Shown here piece by piece: positions 60,328 to 64,000 of a DNA stretch of 64,000 nucleotides. The notes under the pieces were generated by a model. It was not told the origin of the DNA. It made no database searches and was given only the letters and a program-made list of their open reading frames with translations. The stretch comes from an uncultured virus (IMG/VR IMGVR_UViG_3300033992_000883) (Duplodnaviria > Heunggongvirae > Uroviricota > Caudoviricetes): IMG/VR virus record IMGVR_UViG_3300033992_000883. One strand, given 5' to 3'. The position numbers and the translations under genes are program-made. Within the stretch, counting starts at the first letter, position 1, and each line of letters opens with the position of its first letter.

Positions 60328-60683
60328 TTACCAAGAAATTTATAATCTAACAAAATACTACCCTCTGTTTGAATTTTTAAAACTGGATTAATCATTATTA
60401 TTTTTTTGTTTTTTGAATCTTTTAAAACTAATCCATTCTTCTCACATTTATTTATACAGTTTCTTACTGTTTGTTCTGATTTAAAAATAGAATGTTCTTC
60501 TGAAGCTTCATAACAAAATCCAGTTAATTCAATAGGTCCAAGTTCACTAAGCAAAGTCAAGCATTGTAAGTCAGACTCACTCATTACTATACGGTTAATA
60601 TAGCAATGAGTTAATATCTGATATTTAATAATGTCTTTTACAGACATTACTACTCTTTTTTGTACTTGATTTACTAAAGCCAT
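60324..60683 (-). CDS. Putative winged-helix DNA-binding protein (119 aa)
   Basis: SEQTVRNCINKCEKNGLVLK...IMINP. Confidence 0.55.
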   Translation of the reverse strand: MALVNQVQKRVVMSVKDIIKYQILTHCYINRIVMSESDLQCLTLLSELGPIELTGFCYEASEEHSIFKSEQTVRNCINKCEKNGLVLKDSKNKKIIMINPVLKIQTEGSILLDYKFLGK

Positions 60684-60994
60684 TACACTTCTCTTTTTAA
60701 TTTTCTTTCAGTAGTTCTTGGTTCAGGAATTGATTGCTCAATATTTTCTTCTCTTTCATCATCTTCCATTAAACCATTATTCTCTTCATTTTGAACTTGA
60801 TTCATCATCATACCATACTGCACTTGAATACCTGTTCTTTTAAATCTAACCTCATCAATTTTAAAAAGCATCTCTTCATATTGAAGTTGTGCTTCTAAAT
60901 AAGGTAGTGAGTCTTTGTAAAATTTAAGCATTTCTTTTCTTTTTGCTTCCATTTCCTCAGGTGTAAAACCCTTTTGGTTTTCTTGATTTTCCAT
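60683..60994 (-). CDS. Hypothetical coiled-coil protein (103 aa)
   Basis: First ORF after a terminator and promoter. Confidence 0.65.
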   Translation of the reverse strand: MENQENQKGFTPEEMEAKRKEMLKFYKDSLPYLEAQLQYEEMLFKIDEVRFKRTGIQVQYGMMMNQVQNEENNGLMEDDEREENIEQSIPEPRTTERKLKREV

Positions 60995-61016
60995 TTTTAT
61001 ATTTTTAAAGTTTAGA

Positions 61017-61046
61017 CAAATATATTAAAAAAGTTTAAACTACAAA
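61017..61046 (-). promoter_or_regulatory. Bacteroidota sigma70-type promoter
   Basis: Minus strand TTTG-N18-TATATTTG (-33/-7 consensus TTTG/TAnnTTTG), 22 nt upstream of the ATG at 60994. Confidence 0.55.
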
Positions 61047-61055
61047 TATTTAAAC

Positions 61056-61087
61056 AAAAAAATCCAGGCATAGAACATACCTGGATT
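61056..61087 (-). terminator. Intrinsic terminator closing the lysis operon
   Basis: Minus strand AATCCAGGTAT-GTTCT-ATGCCTGGATT followed by TTTTT. Confidence 0.8.
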
Positions 61088-61110
61088 ACTATATGTAGTA
61101 TAATTTTATT

Positions 61111-61368
61111 TTAGTTTCTTATTCCTGGAACTCTTCTACTTCTATTATATTTTCTTCTTGACATTTTATTACCAGGACATTTTTTTACTTTTTTTGGTGG
61201 ATATCCTACCATCTCATAAGTACAATCACTATCGGCAGATGATGACATATCTGTAGTGCCTCCAAGTTCATAAGTTTTCATTGATCTTACCATTGGAGGA
61301 GTGCCACCTTTTTTCATTGACTTACAAAATACCATAGCATCTGTAACTCCTTTTAATCCGTTTTTCAT
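61111..61368 (-). CDS. Small basic protein with MKKGG/YELGG motifs (85 aa)
   Basis: ORF ending before the terminator. Confidence 0.6.
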   Translation of the reverse strand: MKNGLKGVTDAMVFCKSMKKGGTPPMVRSMKTYELGGTTDMSSSADSDCTYEMVGYPPKKVKKCPGNKMSRRKYNRSRRVPGIRN

Positions 61369-61370
61369 AG

Positions 61371-61529
61371 TTATCTATTTTTAAATGTTAAGTTTAATAT
61401 GGTAAAAGAGTAGAAGTTTCTATTTGGGTCTATCTCTATAGAGAACATATCAAGCATAGATACTCTAGCTCTAATGGTAATTGTCTTCCAATTAGGTTTG
61501 TGGCTTTTCCAGTTGTTTCTAAACTTCAT
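61371..61529 (-). CDS. Hypothetical protein (52 aa, MKFRNNW...)
   Basis: ATG at 61529 directly follows the endolysin stop. Confidence 0.55.
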   Translation of the reverse strand: MKFRNNWKSHKPNWKTITIRARVSMLDMFSIEIDPNRNFYSFTILNLTFKNR

Positions 61530-61530
61530 A

Positions 61531-62409
61531 TTACAAAGATAATAACATATCAATCAAATCAGGATGTGGATACATATCCACTTTTCCTCTTATTACATTA
61601 GTATGAGAATACATACCTGGAGTTTTGTTTGCTCTATCAAGATCTAGTACATCAAATCCATCAGCTCCTTTTGCTTTTACATATTCTACTAAACCTACTC
61701 TAGGATCAATAGAATATTTATCTGCTATAAAGAGTATCCAGTTTTTAAGAGCTACCAATTGTGCTTCAGAATAGTTATGCCAAAACTGAAATCCTCTAAA
61801 TGGTTTAGCTAACTTAATCACTTGACTAGGATCAGCTACAGTATTAACATAAGTCTTTCCATTTACTATCTGACCCATGCAACATACTTCAATAGCTACA
61901 GAGTTTCTATGCATTAGAGAGTTACCGGTACCTGTGTGCCATCCATAACCACCATCAGGGAAACATTGTACCATTTCACCATCATATGTTTTAGATTTAC
62001 CATCTACAGATTGTCCTCCTAATATATATTCAGTAGCTACATTACCTCTATCATCTCTAGCCCACATGTCTGCTACTTGATAAGGATTAGGACCTCCAGC
62101 AGTATGATGTAAGAATATCCAGTCTTTAGGAACCGGGCCAGGAAAGTATGTACCTGGCATCATGTAGTGTTTCTTAATCTCTAATGCTTTTACTACTTCT
62201 ATATTCTCAGCATTATCAGTATTAAGAATACCCATGTGGGCCCAAGTCTTAGGACCTACTATACCATCTACGGCAAGTCCATTTTTCTTTTGATAAGACT
62301 TAACAGCTGAATCTGTTTTAGGACCAAAGTCTCCATCTACAGTAATCTTCAAGAATGTTTGTAAGGTCTTTACTGATTCACCCTTACTTCCTTTCTTTAA
62401 TACTTGCAT
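61531..62409 (-). CDS. Endolysin: peptidoglycan-binding domain plus N-acetylmuramoyl-L-alanine amidase (Amidase_2 type)
   Basis: LKKGSKGESVKTLQ..DGDFGPKT..DGIVGPKTW; IFLHHTAG, NSVAIEV, SHTNV..KVD. Confidence 0.9.
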   Translation of the reverse strand: MQVLKKGSKGESVKTLQTFLKITVDGDFGPKTDSAVKSYQKKNGLAVDGIVGPKTWAHMGILNTDNAENIEVVKALEIKKHYMMPGTYFPGPVPKDWIFLHHTAGGPNPYQVADMWARDDRGNVATEYILGGQSVDGKSKTYDGEMVQCFPDGGYGWHTGTGNSLMHRNSVAIEVCCMGQIVNGKTYVNTVADPSQVIKLAKPFRGFQFWHNYSEAQLVALKNWILFIADKYSIDPRVGLVEYVKAKGADGFDVLDLDRANKTPGMYSHTNVIRGKVDMYPHPDLIDMLLSL

Positions 62410-62413
62410 CTTG

Positions 62414-62713
62414 CTATTTATTAAATTTTCTTTTCACAGCATTTGCCATAAATGTACCCCATCTTTTGAGTATATTATTTTTAGCATCTACTACTACTTC
62501 AGTACCTTCTTTAGTTTTAGTAACAGTTACATCTAGTTTTTCTCCATCAAATTTAAACTCTTTTTCTTCTTCATTAGAAGTAAGAATCACATCTGTTTTA
62601 GGAGTATCAATTACTACTTCTAAATTCTTGTCTTTTTTCTTAACACTTACTTTGGTTTTTTTTACTTTAACTTCAGCATTAATTTCTACTGGTGTTTTTG
62701 CTTTCTTTGCCAT
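62414..62713 (-). CDS. Hypothetical protein in the lysis cassette (99 aa)
   Basis: Packed ORF with beta-rich K/V/D repeats. Confidence 0.6.
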   Translation of the reverse strand: MAKKAKTPVEINAEVKVKKTKVSVKKKDKNLEVVIDTPKTDVILTSNEEEKEFKFDGEKLDVTVTKTKEGTEVVVDAKNNILKRWGTFMANAVKRKFNK

Positions 62714-62957
62714 CTTTCTTTTTTTTATTGGTTACTATTTCTTGATCTGGACTATCTACAACAGTTAGTTGAGATAGTGTAGCTGCTACTGTTCCTGCAG
62801 TTACTAAATATCCTGCTACAGTTACTACTGCTGTAGGTAATGTAATTGGAGCTGCTATTACTACTCCTGCTGCTGCACCTACTGCAATAGCAATCTTCTG
62901 TACATTCTTCCAGAACTTAGGAGTTGGAGCATTCCATCTTTTTTTTATATTAGTCAT
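62679..62957 (-). CDS. Putative holin
   Basis: RWNAPTPKFWK followed by two hydrophobic helices; close to the endolysin gene. Confidence 0.7.
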   Translation of the reverse strand: MTNIKKRWNAPTPKFWKNVQKIAIAVGAAAGVVIAAPITLPTAVVTVAGYLVTAGTVAATLSQLTVVDSPDQEIVTNKKKKDGKESKNTSRN

Positions 62958-63225
62958 GTCTACTATTTACTATGAATAACTTTACTGCATCTGATAATTC
63001 ACTGACATTTTTTGCTAAGTTTTTAATTTCAAGCTGTGTTAGTTCTTGTAATGCTTGATATTTTATTTGACTTTCTTGTTGTACTAGTTCTATTTTACCT
63101 TTTAATTTACCTTGTTCTTCTGTATTTTTTCTAACATCAGAATGTATCATTTTTAAAAAGTATCCAAATATAGCAAAAATTAAACTAGCTATAAAAAGAA
63201 TGAGTGTCATTAACCAGGTTTCCAT
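62950..63225 (-). CDS. Membrane-anchored coiled-coil protein (holin/lysis accessory)
   Basis: N-terminal hydrophobic helix WLMTLILFIASLIFAIFGYFL plus coiled coil. Confidence 0.6.
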   Translation of the reverse strand: METWLMTLILFIASLIFAIFGYFLKMIHSDVRKNTEEQGKLKGKIELVQQESQIKYQALQELTQLEIKNLAKNVSELSDAVKLFIVNSRHD

Positions 63226-63251
63226 TGTTATTATGTTATAAATATATATTA

Positions 63252-63271
63252 TAATATACTAAAAATAAATG
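63252..63271 (-). promoter_or_regulatory. GTATATTA promoter-like motif
   Basis: CATTTATTTTTAGTATATTA upstream of the lysis cassette. Confidence 0.6.
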
Positions 63272-63309
63272 AAACTACAATAGATTACTAGGTATTTTTA
63301 CTTATATTT

Positions 63310-64000
63310 TTAAACTAAGTTACCTTCAAGTAACCATACATTTGTACTTACTTTTGTTATTGTGACTACTCCATATGGAGCTTCAACAGAATTTAATCCA
63401 GATAATGAATTAACTATTACTGAACCACTTCCTGGTAAAATAGGAACAGAAGAAGGTCCTTCTGTTGAAACTTTAAATACTGAACCTGTAGTAATATTAA
63501 CAGCACCATTAAAAGGAAGAGTAATATCTGTTACAGCAGGATCTAAAAGTAAAACTTGTCCCGCATAACTTTGATTTAAAGTTATACTTGGTCCTGTTAA
63601 ATAACTTACATCAACAACTCCTGTATTTGTATGAGTAACATCAATAGTGTTTGTAAAAATATTATTAGTTACATCCACATTAATACCTGGTGTAGTAATA
63701 AAATTAAGTTTTGAAGTTGAACCTACTGTAGTAAATTGTTCTAATATATCTATTGTAGGTATTGAAGATGCAGTTCCAAAACCAGATTGAAATACAATGT
63801 TATCAAAAGCAATATTAACAGCAGTATTTGGTGTAGTTGTATTTTTAACTAAAAATAAGTCAAGTTCTCTTATATCTGTAATTGCAACATTAGCTGTAAA
63901 AAGAGCTGTAGGTATAGTTACTTGCTGCCACACTCCTACTAGTGTAGGATTTAGACCATGTTGATCTAAATATCTAGTACCTAAACTTGTAAGGGATGGA
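63310..64000 (-). CDS. Tail fibre/adhesin-like protein, 5' end outside the window
   Basis: Frame stays open to the window edge (PSLTSLGTRYLDQHGLNPTLVGVWQQ...); C-terminal GVVTITKVSTNVWLLEGNL typical of fibre ends. Confidence 0.6.
   Translation of the reverse strand, partial: PSLTSLGTRYLDQHGLNPTLVGVWQQVTIPTALFTANVAITDIRELDLFLVKNTTTPNTAVNIAFDNIVFQSGFGTASSIPTIDILEQFTTVGSTSKLNFITTPGINVDVTNNIFTNTIDVTHTNTGVVDVSYLTGPSITLNQSYAGQVLLLDPAVTDITLPFNGAVNITTGSVFKVSTEGPSSVPILPGSGSVIVNSLSGLNSVEAPYGVVTITKVSTNVWLLEGNLV

Noticed and set aside
61534..61541. TATCTTTG (-7-like element) before the 52-aa ORF
   Set aside because: It lies within the endolysin coding end and lacks a properly spaced -33 element.
1317..63568. 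Plus-strand ORFs and short nested minus-strand ORFs in the ORF track
   Set aside because: They are antisense or out-of-frame shadows of long minus-strand genes, with no recognisable motifs.
1..64000. Stop-codon reassignment (TAG or TGA), known in some Crassvirales
   Set aside because: Genes are full length and tightly packed in the standard code, and both TAG (e.g. portal) and TGA serve as apparent stops.
1..64000. tRNA or rRNA genes
   Set aside because: Intergenic gaps are short (about 115 nt or less), AT-rich and accounted for by terminators or promoter motifs; no cloverleaf was recognised.

Overview
AT-rich 64-kb segment of a Crassvirales (crAss-like) podophage genome, probably infecting Bacteroidota (inferred from the crAss-type gene set, A-rich start regions without Shine-Dalgarno motifs and one TAnnTTTG promoter). 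All credible genes are on the minus strand in the standard genetic code. In transcription order (right to left): truncated tail-fibre/CBM-like gene, lysis cassette, small DNA-binding and nuclease genes, terminase, portal, putative scaffold, major capsid protein, nine tiny basic genes, ring and ferritin-like genes, Cys-rich tail appendage genes, ring and muzzle genes, four modular putative cargo genes, and three giant ejected proteins. The last of these is a virion RNA polymerase of more than 2400 aa that runs off the left edge and is absent from the ORF track. Most novel signals: (i) matched C-terminal and N-terminal tags at successive gene junctions of the four cargo genes, resembling docking domains; (ii) a recurring hydrophobic-x-x-GG motif shared by cargo and small basic proteins, possibly a processing or packaging signal; (iii) enzyme-like payloads (zincin, SAM methyltransferase, ADP-ribosyltransferase-like, SLOG, PD-(D/E)XK); (iv) a GTATATTA intergenic promoter-like motif, and an AAACCAACAA leader motif with an antisense copy in a structured 3' UTR. 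All assignments come from motif reading and synteny; no database searches were run.
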